Shown piece by piece: positions 19,224 through 27,378 of a stretch of DNA of 35,617 nucleotides. The notes under the pieces are model-generated. The model did not search any database. It was not told the DNA's origin and was given only the letters and a program-made list of their open reading frames with translations. Every line of letters begins with the position of its first letter. Position 1 is the first letter of the stretch. Position numbers and translations under genes: made by a program. The DNA lies in the IMG/VR virus record IMGVR_UViG_3300025390_000021, positions 1 to 35,617 of that record. The stretch is one strand, 5' to 3'. Source of the DNA: a virus. Taxonomy: Duplodnaviria; Caudoviricetes.

Positions 19224-19658
19224 TCACCAGTCTTTGTGCTTGTGGCTCTTCTCAACGGTGCTGATCTTGCAGTGCTTCAAGTCAATCTTGCCGCCTTGCT
19301 TGTATCCACCAGCCTTGGCTGCGCTGATACGAGCGCCCAGCTTGTTCATTTCTGGTTCAATGTCACGAGCCTTGCGCTCATAGTCAGACAAATTTTGCTC
19401 ACGGTCAGCATAACGATAGTTTTTGCCACCCTCGTAAGTTTTAGTCATCTCTGCATGACGCTTTTCAAGGTTGGGCAGGTCAGCCGCATCTTTCTTGGCG
19501 CGTTCTTTGGCCTCAACAGCCTCTTGTTGACGGCGCTTTTCCTGACGCTCCTCTGACTGTTCACGAGTCATGGGGTCGGTAATTGAAATGCGGCGGCCGG
19601 GATTCTTGGCGTTATGCGCCTCAGCCACGGCCCTAATCATTGACTTCAGATCGGACAT
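19224..19658 (-). CDS. Basic hypothetical protein (putative internal head protein)
   Basis: Start MSDLKS (ATG 19658, AAGGAA RBS); ends AGGYKQGGKI...KISTVEKSHKHKDW. Confidence 0.7.
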   Translation of the reverse strand: MSDLKSMIRAVAEAHNAKNPGRRISITDPMTREQSEERQEKRRQQEAVEAKERAKKDAADLPNLEKRHAEMTKTYEGGKNYRYADREQNLSDYERKARDIEPEMNKLGARISAAKAGGYKQGGKIDLKHCKISTVEKSHKHKDW

Positions 19659-19668
19659 GTTTGTTCCT

Positions 19669-20064
19669 TTACCAGCCGGGGCATTTCCAGCGTTTAAGCG
19701 ATGCTTTTGCACGTTCAGCATCGCCCTTTGAGTGTTCTACAACACCGCTCATTCTGGCACAAAACGAGTCTTTTCGGGAGCCGCCTTGGGGCTGTGGAGC
19801 CTTTAAATGCGACCCAGTTTCACGGTTGTACTTGGCACGACCTTTTTCGGTCAGGCCAGCACCCTTGGAAACAGGCAACTTCTCACCGCGGCCAACAGCT
19901 AGCGACACACCGCCTTCTTTCTTTTTGACGGTCTTCGCTGACTCTTTGAACGCAGCAGCCGTGGGCGCACCCTTAGAGCCGGGTTTACGCATCTTCTCAC
20001 CAGAACCGTGAGCGATGCGCTCCTGCTTTGCGTGGATGTTGGCGTAAAGCCCCGGCTTGGCCAT
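19669..20064 (-). CDS. Basic protein, DUF6321-like
   Basis: Start MAKPGLYANIHAK (TAATG overlap); GAGLTEKGRAKYN..GSHLKAP...RKDSFCARM...RWKC. Confidence 0.7.
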   Translation of the reverse strand: MAKPGLYANIHAKQERIAHGSGEKMRKPGSKGAPTAAAFKESAKTVKKKEGGVSLAVGRGEKLPVSKGAGLTEKGRAKYNRETGSHLKAPQPQGGSRKDSFCARMSGVVEHSKGDAERAKASLKRWKCPGW

Positions 20065-20252
20065 TACCAGCCACCTTTGCACATGGGATTTTCGTGGCAG
20101 GTCGAAACCTTGCCGCCATGCGCTTTGTGAGCGTGACGCTTTTCGTTGTAGGCGATGGCCACGGCCTGCTTAACAGGTTTTTTTCCTTGTACAATCTCTG
20201 TGCGTATGTTTTTCTCAAACGCTTTTTTGGAAGGACTATTTATGAGTGGCAT
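20064..20252 (-). CDS. Small basic protein (62 aa)
   Basis: MPLINSPSKKAFEKNIRTE...KQAVAIAY...KAHGGKVST; GGAG RBS 6 nt upstream. Confidence 0.75.
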   Translation of the reverse strand: MPLINSPSKKAFEKNIRTEIVQGKKPVKQAVAIAYNEKRHAHKAHGGKVSTCHENPMCKGGW

Positions 20253-20823
20253 AACACGCTCCAGAGTGAAATACGAAAAATTTTGCCAACATTGCAGCAA
20301 ACAATTTTTTGTTCCTGAATACAGAAAAGACACTGCTTTGTTCTGCGGAAGAAGTTGTATGGCATTGTCTGCTAGAACCGTTCAAAAAACAACTTGTGAA
20401 GTTTGCAATACGGTTTTTGAGCACATTGCAAGCAGGGCAAACAAAGCAAAATACTGTAGCCCAAATTGCTATCACACAGCAATGAAAGATAAAGGAACTT
20501 TTGAGTACACCTGCCTTCATTGCAAAACAAGATTTCTTTCTGCTCCATCTAAAAAAAGAAAATATTGTTCTCGTGCTTGTATCAACAAATCTGCAATTGA
20601 AAATTGGAAAGGTGATTTCAGCACTGTCAGAAAAAATATGAAACGGAGAGGTTTGTTGAATTCTTGCCAAAGATGCGGTTTTGATCAAAACGCACAAATT
20701 CTTGGCGTTCATCACAAAGACCGCAATAGGTCGAATAACAGCATGGAGAACTTGGAAGTTCTTTGTCCAAACTGTCATTCGATTGAACACGCCAAACATA
20801 TCTGCCATGGTTTTACTGAGTAA
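20242..20823 (+). CDS. Antisense HNH endonuclease with Zn-ribbon repeats
   Basis: ATG 20242 with GGAAGGA RBS. Three CxxC...F...[FY]C..xC repeats, then CQRCG...VHHKDRNRSNNSMENLEVLCPNCHSIEH. AT-rich; the only credible plus-strand gene. Confidence 0.88.
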   Translation: MSGITRSRVKYEKFCQHCSKQFFVPEYRKDTALFCGRSCMALSARTVQKTTCEVCNTVFEHIASRANKAKYCSPNCYHTAMKDKGTFEYTCLHCKTRFLSAPSKKRKYCSRACINKSAIENWKGDFSTVRKNMKRRGLLNSCQRCGFDQNAQILGVHHKDRNRSNNSMENLEVLCPNCHSIEHAKHICHGFTE

Positions 20824-20887
20824 TTCCCATCTCAGCCTTGATGTTGTGCTCAAAAGCCTTCTTGGATTTGGATTTGATCAACGGCAT
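20813..20887 (-). pseudogene. Truncated original 5' end of the small basic gene
   Basis: Translates MPLIKSKSKKAFEHNIKAEMGITQ*, matching the N-terminus of 20064..20252; GGAGG RBS upstream. Confidence 0.75.
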
Positions 20888-20889
20888 GA

Positions 20890-21669
20890 TTAACCTCCGG
20901 GTACGGTTAGGGTGTTATTGTTTTGGATCAGTTTTCCGGTCACGATAACGCCAGCAGCAACTGTGCTGGAACTCGTTGACAACTGCCATTGGATGTCAGT
21001 CTTTTGTGAATAAGCATACGGATCAGCAATCCGGTTAGCACTGTAGAGCGACACAAAAGGCTGTTGCAACACGTTGCGAGTAACGCCAGACACATTGTCA
21101 CCAGCCTGCACCTTGTAGGTCACAGTGACGCTGCCAGTGTAGGAGTTCGATGTGTTGACTTCAACCCAGTCCAAGAAGAAGCTATAACCAGCAGGCACGG
21201 TGTACACGGTGCTTTGCGAACGACCAATTCCGGGGTTGATCTGAGCCAGCGTGTTGGTGCTTTGCTTCAGAGTAATCGTGCCCACGTTGGTGCTTTGGCT
21301 GGTGCCTGCGCTGGCCAAGGTCAAGTTGTTAATACGGAAATAGCTGTTGACAGTCGTCACAGCAGTTGTGCCGTTCAAGAACAGGGTTTCAGACAACGGG
21401 TTGAAGTTGGCGTCAAGGCCACTGATCAAAACCGATGCCGATGTATTGTCTGAAGCAGAACTACTTACCATCGTCAGCGTGGTCGCTGAGGTGGGGTAAG
21501 TGTATGTGCTTGCATTTTCCCAAACTGGGATAGAAGTTGTACCGACCGATGCTTGATAGCCAAAGATGCTGACGGTTGTGTGGCCCAAGATTTGGCCACG
21601 AGCAACTTGCAAATCAAATGGTTCATAAGCACCCGCACGAGTTACTGATGCAACGATTCCATTACTCAT
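20890..21669 (-). CDS. Virion structural protein (beta-rich, possible decoration)
   Basis: 259 aa, FDLQVARGQI.GH...IFGY, ISGLDAN...E...LNGTT.V.T, YTVPAG; GAGG RBS. Confidence 0.6.
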   Translation of the reverse strand: MSNGIVASVTRAGAYEPFDLQVARGQILGHTTVSIFGYQASVGTTSIPVWENASTYTYPTSATTLTMVSSSASDNTSASVLISGLDANFNPLSETLFLNGTTAVTTVNSYFRINNLTLASAGTSQSTNVGTITLKQSTNTLAQINPGIGRSQSTVYTVPAGYSFFLDWVEVNTSNSYTGSVTVTYKVQAGDNVSGVTRNVLQQPFVSLYSANRIADPYAYSQKTDIQWQLSTSSSTVAAGVIVTGKLIQNNNTLTVPGG

Positions 21670-21680
21670 GATAATTCCTC

Positions 21681-21706
21681 AAAGAAGCAGGGGCCGAAGC
21701 CCCCGC
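21681..21706 (-). terminator. Rho-independent terminator
   Basis: GCGGGGGC-UUCG-GCCCCUGC followed by UUCUUU, just after the stop at 21710. Confidence 0.8.
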
Positions 21707-21709
21707 TGT

Positions 21710-23185
21710 TTACTTAGCGCGTCCGCCGCGTTTACGTTGTGGGACTGATTTCGCAATCTCAGCAACGGTTCTGGGGTTTACAAAACCACGACCGGCTCCG
21801 GCATCTTTGCCGTAACCCATCAATGATCTTGCACCTTCATACAAGCGACTAGGAATGCTACGGATGGCTTGTGCCGTGTCCATATCGTCCTGATCGGGGC
21901 GCATAGCGGCGTCATAGGCGCCCTTAGAGGCGTCTACGAGGTCACCATCGGCAAAGTGATGCACCTTGCCACCCTTTTTGAAAGTACCAGATTGCAGGCT
22001 GTTGGCTACGGGGCGGCTAACGAAGTGACGAGGCATTTTTTCTGCCTTGCCTTGATCGTTAACATTCCCCCCCGTAGCGTAGGCTTTTTTTGTGGCATGC
22101 CCTCCACGCTTAAAACCACCAGCATTGGCTTCTTTGACTTCACCAGTTTTGGTGTTGGTCTTGCCCTTGGGAGTGCCGTCCACGTTGTTGATGGCGAACT
22201 TCATTTCGTTGCCTTCAATAGCGCCACCAGTTGCCTTGTGGTGCATCTTTTGGTGAGCCTTGCCGCCGTGACGGAAGCCGCCAGCGTTGTTCATGCGAAC
22301 GCCGCCAGTGCCATGAGCGCGGTCGCGTTCAGCTTCGTGCATCTCGGTGTTTTCAAAGTCGTGCTCATTGCCTTCAATAGTGCCACCCATGACCGTGCGG
22401 CCGGGGTTCTTTTTCTTGTCGGTATCAGCAGGAATATCGCCGCCAGTTGCTTTGTGATGGACTTTGCCGCCACGTTTGTAACCGCCAGCATTCTTCTCTT
22501 TGATTTCACCAGTGCCGTGGTGCTTATCAGCATGGTCGCCGTCAACCACTTTGGTCTTAACGAAAGGTTTTTCGTCGTGCTCAATGGTGGTCTTGGTTTC
22601 GAACTTGTCGAGAGCCTTGCCAGAAGCTTTACCGCCTTCGGCTTTGTGATGAATCTTGCCACCATGTTTGTGATGTGCTTCTTTCATACCCAAAGACTCG
22701 TGGTGGTGCAGTTCTTTTTCCAACTTCTCGATATGTTTTTCCATACCAGCGTGGCCACCCTTTTTCATACCGGTCAAGGCCTTGCGGACTTGCATAGCAC
22801 GAGCGGCGCGAATGGCAGGAGCCATTTGAGCCAGTTTGGCTTGGCCCATAGGAGCCATAGGAGCGGCCATAGGAGCAGCACCCATAGGCATCATGCCACC
22901 ATCAGCCTTGTGATGAACCTTACCGCCGTGAGCGTATTGGTTGGGGTTCATTGCCTTGCGGCGTTCGGCCATGGAAGGCTTCTTGGGGGCGTGACCATGT
23001 TCAGCGTGGCCGTGCATACCTTCATGGTGCTTTGCAGCAGCATGGTGCATGCTGTGATGGCCGTGCTCTTCGTGGTGTTCCTTCTTATGGACTTTGCCAC
23101 CCTTTTTCAGCTTCAAGATAACTGACGGCTCGTCAGTCATCATTTTTGGCATTTGGCTAAAGCCGCCAGCGTGTTTTGTAGCCAT
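21710..23185 (-). CDS. His/Lys-rich repetitive protein (putative internal capsid protein)
   Basis: 491 aa with 14 x-[AKR]-x-GG motifs and His tracts; AGGAGG RBS. Confidence 0.8.
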   Translation of the reverse strand: MATKHAGGFSQMPKMMTDEPSVILKLKKGGKVHKKEHHEEHGHHSMHHAAAKHHEGMHGHAEHGHAPKKPSMAERRKAMNPNQYAHGGKVHHKADGGMMPMGAAPMAAPMAPMGQAKLAQMAPAIRAARAMQVRKALTGMKKGGHAGMEKHIEKLEKELHHHESLGMKEAHHKHGGKIHHKAEGGKASGKALDKFETKTTIEHDEKPFVKTKVVDGDHADKHHGTGEIKEKNAGGYKRGGKVHHKATGGDIPADTDKKKNPGRTVMGGTIEGNEHDFENTEMHEAERDRAHGTGGVRMNNAGGFRHGGKAHQKMHHKATGGAIEGNEMKFAINNVDGTPKGKTNTKTGEVKEANAGGFKRGGHATKKAYATGGNVNDQGKAEKMPRHFVSRPVANSLQSGTFKKGGKVHHFADGDLVDASKGAYDAAMRPDQDDMDTAQAIRSIPSRLYEGARSLMGYGKDAGAGRGFVNPRTVAEIAKSVPQRKRGGRAK

Positions 23186-23197
23186 GAAAGCCTCCTA

Positions 23198-24199
23198 TTA
23201 AGCTTGGGTCACACCCAAAGCGCCAGTGCGGGTTGCATTGGGGCCAGCAGCGATGCCGGGCAGTGCAATCACGACAACCAAACGCTTCACGCCGTTAGTG
23301 GCGCTAGAGGGGTAGTAAGTTCCACGCACATCGCCAGTTGACGAAGTTGCGGGGGTCGTCATGTCAGCAGCAGTAAATGCGCTGGTGCCGCCAGTGTCGT
23401 TGGCCAAGGTGTTGTTCCAGCCCACGCGGACAACATAACCAGCGTCAAACACGCGCAAAGGCAAACCGAGGGTATCGGTAGTACCAAATTGGATTGTCAC
23501 TGGCAAAGAACCGTTAATGGCGATGCTGGAGATCTGGTAGAAAGCTTTCTTACCAGACACGTTGGCAACAGCAGACGATGTCGTGCCGGTGGCGATCACT
23601 TCGGTCATTGCTTGGCCGTAGTAGTCGTAACCAGAAACGGTCAGGTTGCGGCTGGTGCTGATAGTGCCAGAAGCGGTGGTCAACTGAACAGCACGGGGAG
23701 TGTCCAACTGGATCACAGTCGTGCCATCGTTGCGGACATAAGTCTTGGTGTTAGTACCAGCAGCCAATGTCAAGTTACCAGCAGCGGCAGGCGTTTGAGC
23801 GGCTGCGATGTTGGCGTTGTTCAGAGTCTGAGGAACCACATCCCACACATATTCACGACCCAATGGGCCAACACCAACTTCCATTGGTGAAGGATCGCCC
23901 AGACCGGAGTTACCGGAAGCGTAAATTGTGATCGAGCCAGTAGCCGATGAGGAAGCGCTCAGGGTGTAAGTACCCGTGCCACCTGCACCAGACACAAAGG
24001 CCGTGATGTAAGAGTTAGCGGTGATACCGGTGCCGTTGACGTATTGTCCCAGAACCAAAGAATCACCAGAATTCATCGCAGTAACGGTCATGGTGGTGCC
24101 GGTGACGGAACCAGTAATGACGGCTTCAGCAGACGTGTTGGTTGTACCAATATAGCCTTGGGCAGTACCCAAGAACAGATCATCACTAAATTGAGGCAT
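23198..24199 (-). CDS. Capsid-associated structural protein (decoration-like)
   Basis: 333 aa directly after the MCP; LDTPRAV, VSGYDYYGQAMTE, GKKAFYQISSI, TGDVRGTY. Confidence 0.65.
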   Translation of the reverse strand: MPQFSDDLFLGTAQGYIGTTNTSAEAVITGSVTGTTMTVTAMNSGDSLVLGQYVNGTGITANSYITAFVSGAGGTGTYTLSASSSATGSITIYASGNSGLGDPSPMEVGVGPLGREYVWDVVPQTLNNANIAAAQTPAAAGNLTLAAGTNTKTYVRNDGTTVIQLDTPRAVQLTTASGTISTSRNLTVSGYDYYGQAMTEVIATGTTSSAVANVSGKKAFYQISSIAINGSLPVTIQFGTTDTLGLPLRVFDAGYVVRVGWNNTLANDTGGTSAFTAADMTTPATSSTGDVRGTYYPSSATNGVKRLVVVIALPGIAAGPNATRTGALGVTQA

Positions 24200-24234
24200 T
24201 TTTTTCTCCCTGTGGCTTGAACCACTCAGGTTTT

Positions 24235-24263
24235 AAAAAAGGGTGGGCTTTTACACCCACCCC
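24235..24263 (-). terminator. Rho-independent terminator after the MCP
   Basis: GGGUGGGU-GUAAAA-GCCCACCC followed by UUUUUU. Confidence 0.8.
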
Positions 24264-24270
24264 GCTTGCT

Positions 24271-25185
24271 TTACATGCCGGGAGTACCGTACATGGCGCG
24301 TGGGTCAGTCCAACCCACTGTGTAGCGCTCGGTGGCTTTGTAGCGCATCGAGTCAGTTTCGAAGTCACCTTCCATGGTCTTCTCCAGACGACGGCGCATC
24401 AAAAGCTTCATGCCTTCGGGAGCGTCGGTCTGAACCCACCATGCTGTAGAAGATGTCAAGCGGCTCAACACAGCAGCGCCTTCGTCCAACAACCCGATGG
24501 ATTTCACGGGGTTGATGTCGTTGTTGGCGTTGCCGGTGCGGAGAACCGACTTCAACAGAACTTCAGCTTGGAAGATGTTGCCGGGAGCGACAACCAGTTG
24601 ACGAGGAACCAAACGAATTTTCTTTTGGTTGTTGTCAACAGCTTGACGAACTTGGATCAACATTTGTTCCAGCGAAGTTTGCGACAACACAGCGGCGGTC
24701 GACAATTGGTTGCTGAAAGTACCGTTCACGATGGGGTGAGCGGTGTTGATCAAAGACACGCCGTCACCGCCAACATACGAAGAGTTGAAAGCGGTGTTCA
24801 ACACGTTAGCAGACAACAGTTCCTTGGTTTCCACCAAAGATTGTGCCAAGTGACGTGCATAAACTTGACCGATACGAATGTGATCGCCGTCTTCCACCAA
24901 AACTTTGGTCAAAGCGAAGGCCAAGCCATACACTTTGTACACATAGCGTTGCAGGAACAGGACGCCACCTTGTTGATAGGTCACGGGCGTACCGTCAGGC
25001 AACTGAGGTGCGGCGCCGAAACCGTACAAGACGGGTTCTTCGTGGTAGTTACGGGGAATGCCGTCTTCTTCACGGAACACACGGCTCCATTCGTCGGCAC
25101 GTTGATCATAGACTCCGTCGAAGCATTCGTTAAGAATAGGTTCAACAATCGAACGGAAGTCCGTACTGCGCATTGGTGCTGCCAT
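24271..25185 (-). CDS. Major capsid protein (HK97 fold, Mu gpT-like family)
   Basis: 304 aa; GFGAAP..DG..V.Y, GDGVSL....HP, P..LVVAP, WWVQTD, DFET...RYKA.ERY..GW.DPR..YG..G. Confidence 0.9.
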   Translation of the reverse strand: MAAPMRSTDFRSIVEPILNECFDGVYDQRADEWSRVFREEDGIPRNYHEEPVLYGFGAAPQLPDGTPVTYQQGGVLFLQRYVYKVYGLAFALTKVLVEDGDHIRIGQVYARHLAQSLVETKELLSANVLNTAFNSSYVGGDGVSLINTAHPIVNGTFSNQLSTAAVLSQTSLEQMLIQVRQAVDNNQKKIRLVPRQLVVAPGNIFQAEVLLKSVLRTGNANNDINPVKSIGLLDEGAAVLSRLTSSTAWWVQTDAPEGMKLLMRRRLEKTMEGDFETDSMRYKATERYTVGWTDPRAMYGTPGM

Positions 25186-25198
25186 GATTTAGCTCCCT

Positions 25199-25789
25199 TT
25201 ATGCAATGGCGTTCACAGTACCGAAGAACTGCGAAGCTGAGTTAACGACACGGACGACGGTGTAGGAATCACCCCACGCATTGTCCACATAGGGGGCCAG
25301 ATCAACGACGCGCATTTGACCGGGTTGAGCATTACCGACAGCGGTCGAAGCACCCAAGGTAGCTTGCGACAGGCCAGTAGTGGTCGAGCCAGCAGTCACG
25401 TTGGTGAACAGGTACTCATTACCGATAGTGGTTTGAGCCATCGAGCCATCAGCTTGAATTTCATAAACGATGTTTTGATCGTTGTAGAAATAAGCAACGC
25501 AAGAACCAGCGATGTACGCGGTGTTTGCGGGCCAATAGTTGGACACACGACGACGACCAGTGGAATCAGTCCATTCCACACCAGCGAAAGCACCAGACCA
25601 AGTGGCTTGGGTGCTGTTAGCGGTGATAGGAACGATGACGCCAGCGGAGGCGGAATAGGCTACTGGTTGACCTTTAAGAATAGCGGTCGAGTAGCCAGAG
25701 GTGATACCGCCAGCAAGCGCTTGAGCGCGATCCAAACCGGAGGGGTGGAACGCGGGGCGCAAGCCGAACGGAGCAGAGGTAGAACTCAT
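25199..25789 (-). CDS. Capsid-associated protein (minor capsid/cement-like)
   Basis: APFGLRP start, G.FAGVEW, D.NIVYEIQADG, TGLS; immediately upstream of the MCP. Confidence 0.65.
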   Translation of the reverse strand: MSSTSAPFGLRPAFHPSGLDRAQALAGGITSGYSTAILKGQPVAYSASAGVIVPITANSTQATWSGAFAGVEWTDSTGRRRVSNYWPANTAYIAGSCVAYFYNDQNIVYEIQADGSMAQTTIGNEYLFTNVTAGSTTTGLSQATLGASTAVGNAQPGQMRVVDLAPYVDNAWGDSYTVVRVVNSASQFFGTVNAIA

Positions 25790-25804
25790 AATAAACTCCT
25801 TTGG

Positions 25805-26356
25805 TTAGCCGGAAAATACCGGCATTTTGCTTGGCTGTTGATCAAAACCACCAAAACCCTCACCCTCGACTGACACCAAAGAACGACCTCGGCTGTCTCG
25901 TGCCGCACCTTGCAGTTGCTCCTGTTGGACTCGGATTTTCTCCTCCTCCTCGCGGGGCTTCTCATGATGTTGATACAACATGATGTCCTGATAGATGTCC
26001 ATCGGCAGTTTGAACAGCAACATTTCGTTGCATGAGATGTAGCCAACATGCTCACCTGACTTCACTCGATAATTTTCAAAGCCGGGGAACTCTTCAGACT
26101 TAACTGGAACGTACCCTTGGCGAATCCGCTTATCAATGGAGTCGTAGCTGTTGGTTGTCGAAAGCCAGCACAAGTGCCAGCCATCTAGGTTAGGTAATTT
26201 CGGAAGCGCTGATTGCGTCCACTCCTCACTCCACATCTTGCGACGTTCCTGTGTTGAAGCGAACTTATTCTCGGGTGCTTCGCGGCTTGCGTCCTCGCTT
26301 GCGCGATCATTGCGGCCACCAGCACTGAGGGATTTCTTTAGGCGTGATTCTGTCAT
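25805..26356 (-). CDS. Conserved head-module hypothetical protein
   Basis: GWHLCWLS...R.RQGYVPV...LLFKLP pattern, between scaffold and capsid genes. Confidence 0.7.
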   Translation of the reverse strand: MTESRLKKSLSAGGRNDRASEDASREAPENKFASTQERRKMWSEEWTQSALPKLPNLDGWHLCWLSTTNSYDSIDKRIRQGYVPVKSEEFPGFENYRVKSGEHVGYISCNEMLLFKLPMDIYQDIMLYQHHEKPREEEEKIRVQQEQLQGAARDSRGRSLVSVEGEGFGGFDQQPSKMPVFSG

Positions 26357-26373
26357 GTTTGTTCTCCAAGTAA

Positions 26374-27369
26374 TTAGCGGTTACCGCCTTGGCGGTCATA
26401 TCGAATGAATTCTGCGATCATCTTCTTTTTGCGCTCAGGGTTGTCCCAAGCCCCAATCTCTTTCATCGCCTTCACCCGTTCAGGTGACAGCGTGAATTGA
26501 TTGCGGTTAGTACCACCATACGCAGCAGAAGCTTCACGTCCAGAACTGCCCACTACATTCCTCGGTTTACGAACAGCAGAATTGCCGTCAGATGCCCCAT
26601 TGTAACGATGGGGTAAATACTTTTGCAAGCGGTTATCGAGTTCATCCCAATAATCTGGGTCAGTTGGTGTCCAACCTTCTTTAGAAAGTTCAACATCGAC
26701 CTCTTTTGCGATTCGACTATCGGTGTCTGAACCGTCAACCTTGTACCAATTGTTTCGTTTCAACCAGTCCGCAGCGTTGCGTTGCACTCGTGGATCGGGT
26801 GCGGCCGGTGCAACCGGTTGTTGGCGTGGTTGTTGGTCAATTTGGCGGCGTTGGTTCTCCAATGCGTCCAAGTCCTTACGGGCTTGATACATCATTTCTT
26901 GCGCCTCAACCATGGCTTGGCCGTCACCGCTGTTTGCGGCCTCTGCCAGCTTCATTTTGGCGTATTCAACACGCACTTGCTGGTCTTGGACGGCTTTTTC
27001 CACTCGAGAAACGAAGCCTTGGTGGCTTTCTTGTTCTACTCGTTGCAAACGCTGGTCGGCTTGAGCCAGTTTGCGTTGCATTTCTTCATTTTGGCGACGC
27101 AGAGCCTGAATTTGGGCGTCTTTTTCTTCACGGCCACGCTTGGCAAGGTCACGTTTTGCCTTGCGACGTGCTCGTTTGGCCGCCAAAACAGCTTCTGAGT
27201 CATCAGGATGGTCGGGTTCTTCGTCTTGGACGTTCCCGCCTTCGTTTTTCTCGACAGGCTCGTTTGAATTGTCATCATCGGTGACAAAATCATCCGGCAA
27301 GTCGACCACCGCGGAGCCGTCAACGCCCTCTTCGATGTCTAAATCTTGATCTTTTGGTTCGTTACTCAT
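26374..27369 (-). CDS. Capsid scaffolding protein
   Basis: Acidic N-terminus, long coiled coil, W..RN.W and DPDYWDELD.RL motifs, C-terminal LS......K..G; typical position. Confidence 0.7.
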   Translation of the reverse strand: MSNEPKDQDLDIEEGVDGSAVVDLPDDFVTDDDNSNEPVEKNEGGNVQDEEPDHPDDSEAVLAAKRARRKAKRDLAKRGREEKDAQIQALRRQNEEMQRKLAQADQRLQRVEQESHQGFVSRVEKAVQDQQVRVEYAKMKLAEAANSGDGQAMVEAQEMMYQARKDLDALENQRRQIDQQPRQQPVAPAAPDPRVQRNAADWLKRNNWYKVDGSDTDSRIAKEVDVELSKEGWTPTDPDYWDELDNRLQKYLPHRYNGASDGNSAVRKPRNVVGSSGREASAAYGGTNRNQFTLSPERVKAMKEIGAWDNPERKKKMIAEFIRYDRQGGNR

Positions 27370-27378
27370 GTTGGCTCC

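Noticed and set aside
13365-20823. Group I introns or inteins hosting the endonucleases
   Set aside because: There is almost no non-coding sequence around them for a ribozyme core, flanking genes have their own starts and stops, and one endonuclease is antisense.
20236-20853. 205-aa minus-strand ORF over the HNH
   Set aside because: Antisense shadow; the plus-strand frame carries the clear CxxC and HNH motifs.
21869-23125. 418-aa plus-strand ORF
   Set aside because: It is the antisense shadow of the His/Lys-rich gene; its hydrophobic composition is what complementary Lys/His codons give, and it has no recognisable motifs.
24217-25245. 342-aa plus-strand ORF and similar antisense ORFs over the portal and polyvalent genes
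   Set aside because: Antisense shadows of strongly codon-biased genes.
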